Below, piece by piece: positions 36,447-49,600 of a stretch of DNA of 64,000 nt. The DNA lies in NCBI RefSeq assembly GCF_963921235.1, contig NC_086097.1, forward strand, positions 225,248,001-225,312,000, in the 5' to 3' direction. The notes under the pieces were generated by a model. It was not told the origin of the DNA. It did not search any database and worked only from the letters and a program-made list of their open reading frames with translations. The translations under genes and the position numbers were made by a program. Every line of letters starts with the position of its first letter. Position 1 is the first letter of the stretch. This stretch comes from Mobula hypostoma. Its lineage: Eukaryota.

Positions 36447-37249
36447 AAACGTTAGAGTATTCTTGAAGGGTGGCAGATCAGCCAGAAATGTTGTCATCAA
36501 AAGTGTCCTTTGTTAAACGACGAGGAGCTATATTTGTCTTTCTATGCATTTTTCTTTTTTAATAAGCTGAGTCGTTCCTTAATTTTCAAAGCACATCACA
36601 TCAGACTGCACTAACTTTCTCTCAAAGGGTGCCCCAACGGGACACGGGGTTGTCTAGTTATTACTATATTCTGTCATCATATTTGACCTACCAAAAAAAA
36701 CCACCTCACACTTATCTGGGTTGAACTCCATCTGTCTCTTCTCAGCCCAGTTTTGCATCCTATCGATGTCCCGCTGTAACCTCTGACAGCCCTCCATACT
36801 ATCTACAACACCTCCAACCTTTGTGTCATCAGAAAATTTACTAACCCTTCCTTCCCCTTCCTCATCCAAGTCATTTATAAAAATCACAAAGAGTAGGGGT
36901 CCCAGAACAGATCCCCGAGGCACACCACTGGTCACTGACTTCCATGCAGAATATGACCTGTCCACAACCACCCTTTGCCTTCTGTGGGCAAGACAGTTCT
37001 GGATCCACAAAGCAATGTCCCCTTGGATCCCATGCCTCCTTACGTTCTCAATAAGCCTTGCATGGGGTACCTTATCAAATGCCTTGCTGAAATCTGTATA
37101 CACTACACCTACTGCTCTACCTTCATCAATGTGCTTAGTCATATCCTCAAAATATTTGATCAGGCTTGTAAAGCACGACCTGCCTTTGGCAAAGCCATGC
37201 TGACTATTCCTAATCCCATTATGCCTGTTTAATCATATTATAAAATGTA

Positions 37250-37910
37250 AGAGCTACAAAGAAAGTGCAGTGCAGTTAAATGATAAGGCACAACATCATA
37301 ATCAGGTAGATTGTGAGATCAAGAGTCCACCTTATTGTACTAGGGTATTGTCTTATAACAGCTGTGCTTGAGCCTGCTGGTATGAGCTTTCGTGACCGAA
37401 GTGTGGTGATGGTCCAGAGGGAGGGAAACGAGTACAAAACGAGAGACACAAGTGAAATGCAGTTTTAATAAGACCTGTATAGAACAAGAAGTAAATAATA
37501 ATCTCTAGGCCAACAGTCATTGTAGGTCAAAGTCATCAAAGTTGTCATAGTGTGGCTATACTGATGGTAGAGTTAAGTGTTGTGTAGGGTAGCTCAAAAC
37601 CTGAATTGTTAAAAGGAAGCAGCTATTCTTGGACTTGATAATGCAGAGAAGACAACACGGCCCAGATTGTGGGCATTTTTGATGATAGATGTTGCCTTCT
37701 TGAGGCAGTGTGATATGTAGATACTACCAATGATAGGGAGGATTGTTCCCTGTTGTATTGGGCTGAATTCACTACACTCCTGTAGCTTCCTACATTCCTG
37801 TGCTGTCTGAGATCATGGTACTTCAAGTCTGGATATCTTAAACAGTGTATTTGTAGAAGCTTATGAGAGTGTTTGCTGACATGCCAAATCTAGTTAACAT
37901 TCTAAGATGA
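37250..37910 (-). mobile_element. Degenerate Rex1/Babar fragment(s)
   Basis: YRSVVNSAQY...CLKKATSIIKNAHNLGRVVFSALSS on the minus strand. Confidence 0.65.
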
Positions 37911-38009
37911 GCTATTACTTTTACAGTACATTCCATGTCACCCAAGATTTCCAAGACTTTACCTTATAATCACAATTCCTCACTCTATCTCTCTGAAGTA
38001 CAAGACATA

Positions 38010-39000
38010 CCAGGGTTAACATATTCTTCATAACTTCCACCATCTCCAGCGGGATTCCACAACCAAGCAGATCTTTCCCTTCCCCCAACTTTCTACTTTC
38101 CACAGGGATCGATCCCTATGCGACTCCCTTGTCTATTCATCCCTTGACACGGATCTCCCCTCAGCACTTACCCATGCAAACGGAACAAGTGTCACACCTG
38201 CCCCTACACCTCCTCCCTCACTACTATTCAGGGTCCCAAACAGTCCTTCCAGGTGAGATGACACTTCACCTGTGAGTCTGTTGGGGTGATCTACTGTATC
38301 CGGTGCTCCTGGTGTGGCCTCCTGTATATTGGGGAGACCCAACGTTGATTGGGAGGCCGCTTTGACAAGCACCTATGCTCCGTCCACCAGAAAGAGTAGG
38401 ATATCCAAGTGGCCACCCACTTTAATTCCACTTCTGATTCTCATTCTGACGTGTCAATCCATGGCCTTCTCTACTATCGCAATGGGACCACACTCAGGAT
38501 GGAAGAGAAACACCTTATATTCCATCTGGGTAGCCTTCAATCTGATGGCATGAACATTGATTTCTCAAATTTCTGGTAAAGATGCCCCCTACCACTCCAG
38601 CGTCCTTCATCATTCCCCATTCCCATTTCCCTCTCTCACCTTATCTGTTTACCTGCCCATCACCTCCCTCTGGTGTTCTTCCCCCTTTTCTTTCTTCCAT
38701 GGCCTTCTGTCCTCTCCTATCAGACTCCCCCTCCCCCCCTTCTCCAGCCCTGTATCTCTTTTTCCAGACAACTTCCCAGCTCTTATATCTCACCCCTCCT
38801 GGTTTCACCAGTCACCTTGTGGTTCTTCCTCCCCTCCCCCCATATTCTTACTCTGACGCCTCATCTTTTTACTCAGTTCTGATGAAGGGTCTTGGCCTGA
38901 AACATCAACCGTGCTCTTTTCCATTGATGCTGCCTGGCCTGCTGAGTTCCTTCAACATTTTTCTGTGTGAGGCTTGGATTTCCAGCATCTGCAGGTTTTC
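38010..39000 (+). mobile_element. Penelope-like element remnant
   Basis: HFTCESVGVIYCIRCSWCGLLYIGETQR. pLTR with hammerhead motif CTGATGAAGGGTCTTGGCCTGAAACATC at 38875-38910. A short inverted pLTR end follows at 39005-39090. Confidence 0.9.
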
Positions 39001-40151
39001 ACAGACAAGAGAAAATCTGCAGATGTTGGAAGTCCCGGCAACACACACCAAAGGTATCAGAAGGGGATCTGCAGGTTTTCTCTTGCTTTGGGTTCAAATA
39101 TTGCCTGGAAGCAGAGTTTACTGTAAAATTTAGGCCAATTTCTGAGAAAAAAAAATTAAGGCAAAAAGAAAGGACAATTAAACCTGCTTAAGATTGGTCT
39201 GTTTTACACTATTTGCACAGTCAAGGCAATTCTCAAATTGCCTGCATTTTCTGCATCAGTAACTTGCTTAGAACTGTGGGTTCCCTCAAAAGTACAAAAC
39301 ACAAAATGCCTTCAATACCAAGTAGTATTTGTTAAATGGCTGAAAATAGCAACTTCAAAAGAAAGGTAATTTTTTTCCTGACTAATTGGTGCAAGCTCCC
39401 TTGGCCCAGCAGCAAAGAGGACTTAGCCCAGGGCAAGTAATGGTAAGAACTATCTATTCAGGTGAACAAAGTGACAGAGAAGGCTCTGAAGTACTTGATG
39501 CAGGCTGGAGGATGAGAACTGATCCAGCATAAAATATAACTTTAGTTATGGAGACACATTTTAATTTTAGTTAAGCACCAATTTATAGCTTTAGCTGTAC
39601 AAATGCTACAACCCGATGATGCCAGCAATAGAGAGACCCTTGGGCAGGTATCCAACATCAATAAGACCGAGATCCAGCAAGCAGTTTAGTCAGTTTGGAA
39701 TTCCAAAGTCTTCAGGAGTTGGTTCTTAGATAAATCCCATTAAATTTGCATCTTGCTCTGCAGCAGAGATCTTACACTTGCAGTCACTTTTATGGTGTGG
39801 TTCAGTTAATTTCATGCCTACGATTGGATGTTCATTTTGCCACAGGGAGAGCCTTTGGTTGTGATTGTGACCACAAACGGTATAAAAGAGTGACTACAAA
39901 TGATCAAAGGAGGAAATACATTCAGCCCCTCACTTACTGTGTTCATCTTCACCAAACAGGGTAAATGATCTCTTTCATGGTCCGCACCTTCCTTAGCTTA
40001 CCTCAGCAGAACTCTAAGTAGCAGGGAGAGTTTCAGCTGAATTCAGACTGAACAAAATATGCTAGAAATGTTGGGATGGCTTTATCAGTTTGTGTCTGAT
40101 TGCAAATGGTTAATTTATTACCAATAGTTACAACCTGTTGGATCTTTTCCA

Positions 40152-40662
40152 GCACAAACACGAGGAAATCTGCAGATGCTGGAAATTCAAGCAACACACA
40201 TCAAAGTTGCTGGCGAACGCAGCAGGCCAGGCAGCATCTCTAGGAAGAGGTACAGTCGACGTTTCAGGCCGGGACCCTTCGTCAGGACTAACTGAAAGAA
40301 GAGCTAGTAAGAGATTTGAAAGTGGGAGGGGAAGAGGGAGATCTGAAATGATAGGAGAAGACAGGAGGGGGAGAGATGGAGCCAAGAGCTGGACAGGTGC
40401 TTGGCAAAAGGGATATGAGAGGATCATGAGACAGGAGGCCTAGGGAGAAAGAAAAGTGGGGGGGGGGGGGTAAGCCCAGAGAATGGGCAAGGGGTATAGT
40501 GAGAGGGACAGAGGGAGAAAAAGGAGAGAGAGAAAAAGAATGTGTATATATAAATAAATAACGGATGGGGTACGAGGGGGAGGTGGGGCATTAGCGGAAG
40601 TTAGAGAAGTCAATGTTCATGCCATCAGGTTGGAGGCTACCCAGACGGAATATAAGGTGTTG
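40152..40662 (-). mobile_element. Young Penelope-like 3' end (ORF C-terminus and pLTR)
   Basis: QHLIFRLGSLQPDGMNIDFSNFR at 40660-40593, followed by the pLTR. CpGs are retained. Confidence 0.92.
40254..40289 (-). ncRNA. Minimal type I hammerhead ribozyme motif
   Basis: AGUC-CUGACGA-A-GGGU-CCCG-GCCU-GAAAC-GUC-GACU. Helix I is AGUC/GACU, core boxes CUGANGA and GAAA are intact, cleavage triplet GUC, and helix III is loop-less and palindromic. Confidence 0.8.
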
Positions 40663-41840
40663 CATGCCCTCAGGTTGGCTTTTCCAGCATTTGATTAGTC
40701 CTAATTATTTTTTTCAAACTGTAGAGCACTGTCTGCTTCCTAAAGAATATTTGCCCTATAAGAAAAACTCTACGTACCTGAAGAACATGAGAAGGTTTGG
40801 AAGAATGGCTGCAGATCCATCTCTGAGTTTAGAATATCAACTAATTTCACTTAGTTTCAACTAATTTCAACTAATAATACTAATTTATCTGACATAAATT
40901 GATATCCTGGGGGTTATAGTTGACCACAAACTGAGCTGGAGTAGCATATACACAATGTGGCTTCTAGGAGCAGGCCAAAGACTAGTAGCTCACCTCTCGA
41001 CTCCCCAAAACCCAACCACTGTCTCCAAGGGCCAAATCAGCAAAGAGATGGAATGCTCTCCACCTGCCTGCATGGGTGCAGTTTCAATAACACTTGAGAA
41101 GTGTGAAGTCCATGTCCCTTAATTGAATATAAAAATAATCCACACCTTTGCTACAGTTTTCTCGCCACTGCCTGCAATGGACTTACCCGCTTCTTTGACC
41201 ACTTTGCTACTGTATTTCCTTGTAGCCCAGCAGATATCCCCTTCTTAAGAGACTTCTTCAGAAATTTAAGAGACTACTAGACAGGTATATGGAGGAATTT
41301 AAGGTGGGGGATTATATGGGAGGCAGGGTTTAAGGGTTGGCACAACATCGTGGGCCGAAGGGCCTGTACTGTGCTGTACTATTCTTTGTTCTATGTTCTA
41401 TAAACTTTTATATCTTGCATATAATTTACATTCACATGATCAGATTTTGAAATGATTCATGCTTCCATCTCTGAGGACAAACTATGTGTCACTTACATTT
41501 AATTGGATGCTGAAATTCCACAAGTTTGGAAAATTTGATGTAATATAATGTTTATTTAATTTTATGCGATCTTACCCTGAGTAACCAATACCCTGACACA
41601 TTCAAACAGCTCACTACAGATGATCCATTTTCCAAAGATCCATCGTGGTGTTAGTATTGAGAAAGCTGTGGTTTCCTGAAGGCTACTCCCTATATGATGG
41701 TGGGATGTGAGGCCAAATATTTGAATGTCACCTGACCTTTCCCATTCTTGTACTGTGCATTGACCCATCAATAAACAAGTCCAAAATTCAGAGCTCTTTG
41801 TATTTCTGGTCCTATAAAGTCAAACCTATGAACTTCTAGT

Positions 41841-42868
41841 TAGACCATAAGACCATAAGACATAGGTTCAGAATTAGACCATCTGACCCATTGAGTGTGT
41901 TCCACCATTCAATCATGGCTGATCCTTTTTCTCCCCCTCCTCAGCCTCACTCTCCGGCCTTCTCCCCATAACTTTTGATGCTAAGTCCAATCAAGAACAT
42001 TATCAAGCTCTGCCTTAAATATAGCCCATGACCTGGCCTCTACAGCTGCCTGCTGTAATAAATTCCACAATTCACCACCCTCTGGCTAAGGAAATTTCAC
42101 TGCATCTGTTTTAAATGGATGCCCTTCTATCGTGAGGCTGTTCCCACTTGTCCTAGACTCTCCCACCATGGGAAACATCCTTTCCACATCTACTCTGTCT
42201 AGGCCTTTCAACATTCAAAAAGTTGCAATGAGATCCCCCCTCATCCTTCTAAATTGCAGCGAATACAGATCCAGAACTATCAAACGTTCCTCGTATGATA
42301 ACCCTTTCTTTCTCAGAATCATCCTTGTGATCCTCCTTTGAACCCTCTCCAATGCCAGCACAACTTTTCTTCGCTGAGGAGCCCAAAACTGTTCACAATG
42401 CTCAAGGTGAAGCCTCAGCAGAGCCTTGTAAAGACTCAGCATTACATCCCTGCTCTTGTATTCTAGACCTCTTGAAATGAATGCAGACATTGCATTTGCC
42501 TTCCTCACCACCAACTCTGCCTTCAAGTTAACATTTAAGGTGTTCTGCACAAGTCCCTTTGCATCTCAGATTTTTTGGATTTTCTCCCCATTTAGAAAAC
42601 AGTCTGCACATTTATTTCTACTACCAAAGTGCATGACCATGCATTTTCCAACATTGCATTTCATTTGCCACTCTCTTGCCCATTCTCCTAATCTGTTTAA
42701 GTCCTGCAGCCTACCTGTTTTCTCAACACTACCTGCCCCTCCACCAATTTTTCTACCATCTGCAAACTTGGCAACAAAGCTATCTATTCCATCATCTAAA
42801 TTATTGATGTACAGCATAAAAAGAAGAGGTCCCAACTCTGTCCCCTGCAGAACATTACCAGTCACCAG
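41841..42868 (-). mobile_element. CR1 LINE 3' part
   Basis: LGPLLFMLYINNLDDGIDSFVAKFADG; LRLHLEHCEQFWAP; AGACCATAAGACCATAAGAC tail. Confidence 0.92.
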
Positions 42869-44956
42869 TTGATTTAAATCCGGAAATTAAAAAAAATCAT
42901 GATGAGACATTAGAAACTGGTATTATTTTCACTGGAGCAGACAGCACTAAGGATATTGAATGGCAATTAAATGTATTGGTTTAGAGAACTAAATTCAATG
43001 GACATTGCAAACAGGCAGGAAAATTAAGATCCAGAATTAAGCCTTACCTGTTAAATAGAACACTGGAGCAATGCCAATTTTACACTACCTTTAAAATGCT
43101 ATTACGAACCACTTCAGCAGTTGTCCAATGCTTACACCAGTCAAAGCTTTCTTGGGCATTGCGTACAGAGTAATGTACAAGGCTTTCTACAATTGGGAAA
43201 CTGTTGCATTGATAAAATTTGGTAAGCGTTGATGGGGACATACCAAATTCCTTTAACCTCCTGAGGAAGTAGTGACTTCTTGCAAGAGGAGCTGATGTAC
43301 AACTGACCATGGTAGAAATTGTCCCTCTCATCTCTTCAAGAGGAAATGGTGCTGACCATCTCCGGCCTCAACAACAGTTGATGGTGTTGGCAGTGGAGAG
43401 TCTACAATCAGAGAGCACAGCCATCACCAACTGAGATATTGAAAAAGCCCACTATAACATCTTTATTAATAAAGGATATTCTGTACAAATTTACAAAGCA
43501 TTGCACAAACCACACTATTTTTTATACTCATGATGAAACAAGAAACAAGTGAAGTCTTTGCTTTGACATAAGATGTCACATGGCCCGATGGGAAGGTTAT
43601 AGTTTGCCTTCCCATTGTGAGAAACGGTGGATTTAAGTAATGAGTACGTATAAAATTTTCAAATGGGAATTATTTGGATACTTCTACTGTGGAACAGGTT
43701 TGCTGGATTTAACGAGTCAGGAGATATCAGAGGAATCCAAGATCACAGAAATTATATTAAAATACTTCATGAGGTAGCTTAATTTCCATTACTTCTTTTG
43801 AACCACATTTATCTTTTATTTTAGGAGCACACTGTTATGGCTGATAAATAGAAGTACAAAGCTGTCAGTTTCCTTTCAGAAGCTGCTCTGTCACTGAAGT
43901 ACCTTATTTAAAGTGAGTGCTTCGATTAGTAATCAGTCAGCGAATCTGCATTGGTGGATCAAGTGGGAATGCTCAGTTTACATTGCTGGGTCTCCAGGGT
44001 TCAGCTTTGTGGCAATAATTATTTTTTTGTGTGTGAGTGCATGGCTGTCAACACATGAGCATGAGGATATACTTATCTGATTAAAGTAAAAATCCTGCAC
44101 TAGGAATTAGAATGTTTATGTCAAGTAAGCAACGTGCCAGGCCTAACACATTGTGCAGCCTGTATAATTCATATTGGCAATATTCAGCATCTCACATTGG
44201 TTGAGATGCCTCACAGTTTTCAGGCCTTCTATCTTAATCTTGTCTTAGGCCCATTCTTTATGCAAAATGAGGTCTAGCCACCTCTCTCAGGATGCTATGT
44301 GCATAAATGTGTGTGTGGCACAGACATCAGTCACATTATTTTACAGGGTCATAACAAATAAACCTTAGCTATTAAAGAGGGACACAAGAATCAGAATCAG
44401 GTTTAATATCATTTGTATATGTTGTGAAATTTGGTAACTTTGTGGCAGCTTTTTTTTGCACGAGTGTTTTAGGTGACATACCAAACCTCCTCAATCTCCA
44501 AGTGAAATATAGCTGCTGTCGTGCCTTCTTTGTGGCTGCATTGATATGTTGGCTCCAGGTTAGATGCTCAAAGATCTAACAGAATGTAGATGCCAGATCT
44601 GGAGCAACACACAGTCTGCTGGAGGAAAACAGTTGGTCAATCCCACTGGTGGTAAATACCATCCAAGTGAAGTAATTAAGAGAGCATGGTGTTGTCCATG
44701 CAATGGGCAAGAAAAGTTGCATTGTGGGAGGCAGAGCAGTGCCAGATCTATAATGGTGACTTTGTTCCGATGTGCCTGAAATAATCTTTGCTTCACGCTA
44801 ACCACATTGATTAGAATAACTTCTTTGTGAGGTCAACTCTGTCTGAGTTCAAGTTAAGGTAGTTCTTGAGCCCACTTCAAGATATGATTAAGAATATAAA
44901 ATTCTACACTGTATTGTATTCGGAAGAGGTTTTAACACACTCATATTGTGAGTGCT

Positions 44957-45240
44957 TAGAAACATAGAAACAGAGAAAACCTACAGCATAATACAGGCCC
45001 TTCAGTCCGCAATGCTGTGCCAAACATGTACTTACTTTAGAAATTGCCTAGGGTTACCCATTGCCCTCTATTTTTCTAAGCTTCATGTACCTATCCAGGA
45101 GTCTCTTAAAAGACCCTATTGTATCCGCCTCCACCACTGTCACTGGCAGCCCATTCCACACACTCATTATTCTGCATAAAAAAACTTACCCCTGACATCC
45201 TCTCTGCACCTACTTCCAAGCACCTTAAAACTGTGCCCTC
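44957..45240 (-). mobile_element. CR1 3' end
   Basis: TAGAAACATAGAAA tail; same 3' UTR as 33893-34150. Confidence 0.85.
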
Positions 45241-46186
45241 CAACGGGGGAAAAATCTTTCTCCAGCATGTGTCTTATTTGATCAGCATAGACATTTCTGA
45301 CTTTTCTCTTGGTTGGACAAAGTATCATGTAGTACTATCTCACCACTATTCCAGATGTGTGCTTCATAGTAGTATATGTGTCATAGCACTCTCAGTTTCT
45401 TGAGTTACAGGAGCTGACTATTGCCAGGAGTTATCAGGATGTAGACCATGAGTTTCCTTTTGCGCTATCCCTTCACTCTTTCCGCCGAACTCAAGTGTGA
45501 CAAGTTTAAGTCTGTGGAGCAACATCTCCTCTGCTGAGGTGAACCTTGTGATGCAATGCGAGGTTTCATGATACAGAGTAAGTAGTTAACTCACGAATGA
45601 CTTACAGTTAAGCTCAAATAGCCTTGGAAGCTTGTTTTCTCAAGGGGTTGTTAAGAATATGAAAGACCTTTGTGCGGCATGGTTTTAGACCAGATGGGAT
45701 TGGAGAATGCTTAATTTCTTTGCATTTATGCAGTGTTCAGACAAGCAAGATTTGAACTGAGGCCCATTATCTGGCTCTGGTACTTTTCTGATTCATCTGT
45801 TGCAAAAATCATCTTCAGATCTTCAACTGTGCACTCCTTTGATAAGTTTGATTCCACTGAACAAACCTCAACTCTCTCAGTATGATAAGGAGTAGAAAAT
45901 TGTTGTAGATTTTCTGACTAAAAAAAAGGGATTCTCTGAAATGTTCACTTTGGTTACATCCATCTCCAGAGAAATGCCTTTAATGATTTTGTTCTGTACT
46001 TTGACAGACTATGTATATTGGAACTACATTTTCTAGATCCTCATCACTAGTTCCATGTGTGACATTTCTTCTCAAGACATTGGAGGTTGAATATCAGGGC
46101 ATTGTATGCCGTTACTTTAGACATATGTGCTCAGTGGACAATTTACATCTTCTACGTTGCATACCTGCATTTGGACACATCCAATT

Positions 46187-46470
46187 AGGGCAACACGGTA
46201 GCATAGCAGTTCATGTGATGTTATTACAGCTAGGGGTATTGGAGTTCAGAGTTCCAATTTGGTGTCCTCTGTAAGAAAGTTTGTATGTTTTTCCCAGTTT
46301 CCTCTGGGTGTTCTGGTTTCCTCCCACAGTCCAAAGGCGTACTGGTCTGGAGGTCAATTAGTCATTGTAAACTGCCCTGTAATTAGGCTAGGATTTAATA
46401 AGTGGGTGGCTGAGTGGTATGGCTCATTGGGTTGGAAGGGTCTGTTTTATGCTGTATGTCTGAATAAGTA
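46187..46470 (+). mobile_element. V-domain tRNA SINE with CR1-type tail (HE1-like)
   Basis: GGGCAACACGGTAGCATAGCAG head, GGTTTCCTCCCACAGTCCAAAG core, GAAGGGTCTGTTTTATGCTGTAT tail. Confidence 0.75.
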
Positions 46471-46859
46471 AAAAAGAAGAATTTCCAACCTTCGGGAGTC
46501 CTCAGAAGTGTACCTTTCCTTGCTGTCCCAGCAAATTCAAACCTGTGACTCGAAAACCATCAAATACTAGTTGATGTGTTCTCAGTATCCATGTCAAGAC
46601 TTACCTTTGACAGCCTGGATAACTCACCTGCTGCACAATAATTATGTCAGCCAATATTCCGCAATCCTTGCCAAGTAAGGTTCTATTTTTACATGCAACA
46701 TGAAAGGAGGTTCTTTTAGCTCTTCGAGTCTATGCCAGTAAATTTTGTTTTCTGTAAACTTTTCTCCTACCATTCCCATCAACTCACCCTAGATTCACAT
46801 ATATACTAGGGTCAGTTTACAACAGCTAATTTAATCTACAACCTGCATATCTTTGGAGG

Positions 46860-47282
46860 GAGCACCTCATGAGAATAGATTGAGTGAACTTGGCCTTTTC
46901 TTCTTGCAGCGATGGAGGTTGAGATGTGACCTGATAGGGGTGTATAAGATGATGAGAGACATCGATCATGTGAATAGGCCAGAGGCTTTTTTCCCAGAGC
47001 TGAAATGGCTAACACGAAGGGCATAGTTTTATGGTGGTTGGAAATAGGTACCGAGAGGTAAGGTTTTCACACAGAGAGTGGTGGGTGCATGGAATGCACT
47101 GCCGGTGACGGTGGTGGAAGCGGATACAATAGGGCCTTTTAAGAGCCTCTTAGATAGGTACATGGAGGGCTATGCGCTGGGGAAATTCTAAGCAGTTTCT
47201 AGAGCATGTTACCTGGTCGGCACAGCATTGTGGGCCGAAGGGCCTGTAAAGTGCTGTAAATTTCTGTGTTCTATGTTCTATG
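46860..47282 (+). mobile_element. CR1 3' end nested in a minus-strand V-SINE (~46700-47390)
   Basis: ENRLSELGLFFLQRWRLRCDLIGVYKMMR; TTCTATGTTCTATG tail. SINE core TCTTTGGA|...GAAACCCATACAGCCACAGGGAGA lies on either side. Confidence 0.85.
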
Positions 47283-47959
47283 AAATTGGAGCAGCTGAAG
47301 GAAACCCATACAGCCACAGGGAGATATACAAACTTCACACCATCAGTAGCCAGTGCTAAGACTAAACCCAGTTTGCTAGAGCTGTGATTTGCAGGTCCAT
47401 TAATTATGTCATCCTGTTGGTTCCTTTATGTAAGTATCAGGTCTAAGGTCACTGACATATATTGTGAAATTTGTTGTCTTGCGGCAGCAGTACAGTGCAA
47501 GACATAAACATTACTATAAGTTACAAAAACAAACCCATGGAGCGTTCATGGGTTCATGCACTATTCAGAAACTTTCCTAATATTCAGAAATCTTTTCTAA
47601 ACCCATGAGCATGCTCCTCTACCACCTCCCTAATGGCAGTAATGTGAAGATGGTTGGGTCCAGCTTTCAGCAGTTCTAACCATAAGCTAGAAGAAGATGT
47701 GAATTACTGTACTGTATACTATTTTCTGTATTTGCCCAGTTATGTCTTGAAAATAACTATGCCTTCCACCAAAAATGGTTAGCTGAATTTATTGCTGTTG
47801 GTATGTCTGCTCATGTAGAATAAGCTACTGTTATATTGGTATTCACTTCAACAGTCTGCCCTTTTATTTGTATCTTCATTTTGAAATTTTACTGATTTAG
47901 CTTAAATAAGTCAAGTTCAGAGCAACACACACACACACACACACACAAAAACACAGACA

Positions 47960-48180
47960 TGAACACAGCGGGTCAGGCAGCTTCTATGGAAATGAATAAG
48001 CAATTGGCGTTTTGGGCCGATATCCTTCTTTGGGACTGAAAATGAAGGGGGAAGACACCAGAATAAAAAGGTGGAGAAGGGGAGGGAGGCTAGCTGGAAG
48101 GCGATTGGTGAAGTCATCTGGGTGGGAAAGTAAAGGGCTGGAGAGGAGGAATCTGAGAAGAGAGTGGTCCATGGGAGACC
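47960..48180 (-). mobile_element. Penelope pLTR remnant
   Basis: GGTCAGGCAGCTTCTATGGAAATGAATAAG...; degenerate hammerhead at ~48002-48037. Confidence 0.75.
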
Positions 48181-48454
48181 ATAGTTCAGGTCTATCCATA
48201 TCAGCATCAATATTATGAAGAAATTTCTGACTGAAGAAGTTTCCTTCCTGTGAAGAACTGCAGTTGCAGAAAGGTTAGTTGTTCTGGGTTTGGGCTTAAA
48301 AACTATATTTTCCATTACTCTGCATCTAGGGCATGGAACTGTAATTGCTGCCTTCAGGTTTTCGGTGTATTCTTTCTTGTGGCCAGTTGGCGGGTAGGCA
48401 ATCTGCTAATTTTTTTTGTGTAAGGGGTTGTTGGGGGGTTCTGGTGCTACTGTT

Positions 48455-49362
48455 GAATCAGAATCAGGTTTATTATCACCGGCATGAGACACAAAATTTG
48501 TTAACTTAGCAGCAGCAGTTCAATGCAATACATAATCTAGTAGAGAATAATAATAACAATAATAAAAATAAATAAATAAACAAGTAAATCAAATATATAT
48601 ATTGAATAGATTAAAAACGTGGAAAAACAGAAATACTGTGTATTAAAAAAATTGAGGTAGTGTCCGAAGATTCAATGTCTATTTAGGAATCAGATGGCAG
48701 AGGGGAAGAAGCTGTTCCTGAATCGCTGAGTGTGTGCCTTCAGGCTTCTGTATCTCCTACCTGATGGTAACAGTGAGGAAAGGGCATGCCCTGGGTGCGG
48801 GAGGTCCTTAATAATGGACGCTGCCTTTCTGAGACACCGCTCCTTGAAGATATCCTGGGTACTTTGCAGGCTTGTACCCAAGATGGAGCTGACTAGATTT
48901 ACAACTTTCTGCAGCTTCTTTCAGTCCTTTGCAGTAGACCCTCCATACCAGACAGTGATGCAGCCTGTCAGAATGCTCTCCATGGTACAACTGTAGAAGT
49001 TTTTGACTGTATTTTTTGACATGCCAAATCTCTTCAAACTCCTAATAAAGTATAGCCACTGTCTTGCCTTCTTTGTAACTACATCAATATGTTGGGACCA
49101 GGTTAGATCTTCAGAGATCTTGACACCCAGGAACTTGAAGCTGCTCACTCTCTCCACTTCTGATCCCTCTCTAATGATTGGTATGTGTTCCTTTGTCTTA
49201 CCCTTCCTGAAGTCCACAATCAGCTCTTTCGTCTTACTGATGTTGAGTGCCAGGTTGTTGCTGCGGCACCACTCCACCAGTTGGCATATCTCACTCCTGT
49301 ACGCCCTCTCGTCACCATCTGAGATTCTACCAACAATGGTTGTATCGTCAGCAAATTTGTAG
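48455..49362 (-). mobile_element. Well-preserved Rex1/Babar LINE 3' portion
   Basis: YKFADDTTIVGRISDGDERAYRSEICQLVEWCRSNNLALNISKTKELIVDFRK...ESILTGCITVWYG...HPGHALSSLLPSGRRYRSLKAHTQRFRNSFFPSAI; (ATTCTG)n tail. Confidence 0.93.
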
Positions 49363-49600
49363 ATGTTGCTGTTTTTATCTGCGAGTGAGGGGGTTGGGGA
49401 TTTTTATTGTCACTGTTTTTTTTCTGTAGGTGAGGGTCTCAGGGATTATTATTGTTGCTGTTTTTTTTTTCTGTGGGTGAGGGTGTTGGGATTATTATTG
49501 TCACTGTTTGCTTTCTGTGAGCGAGGGAGTCAGGGATTGTTAATGTAGCTTTTTTTTCTGCAGGTGAGGTGGTGGGGGATTTGGGGTCTGTGGGTTTTGT
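49363..49600 (+). repeat. ~40-bp tandem repeat (about 5 copies) inside a non-autonomous element (~48310-49755)
   Basis: Unit approximately TATTGTYRCTGTTTTTTTCTGYRGGTGAGGGTNTNRGGGATT. The host element ends CTTTGACAATAAAGTGAATCTTT. Confidence 0.75.

Larger units (their letters stand above)
34604..36657 (+). mobile_element. Internally deleted Helitron
   Basis: 5' end TTTATATACTACTAAAA (TC consensus, first C mutated). 3' GC-rich hairpin CCCCAACGGGACACGGGG followed by CTAG at 36654-36657. Inserted between A and T of the CR1 with no TSD. Retains Rep/Hel N- and C-terminal remnants. Confidence 0.9.
33893..37230 (-). mobile_element. CR1 LINE (RT and 3' UTR) interrupted by a Helitron
   Basis: ORF 36654-37142 (DFSKAFDKVPH...GVPRGSVLGP...FSDDTK...EYSNN) continues at 34603 (GKTLGSVEDQRDLEVRVHRTLK). 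AACATAGAAACATAGAA tail at 33893. Confidence 0.93.

Noticed and set aside
49363..49600. Regularly spaced repeats as a CRISPR-like array
   Set aside because: Contiguous tandem units with no spacers, inside a eukaryotic retroposon, and no cas genes.
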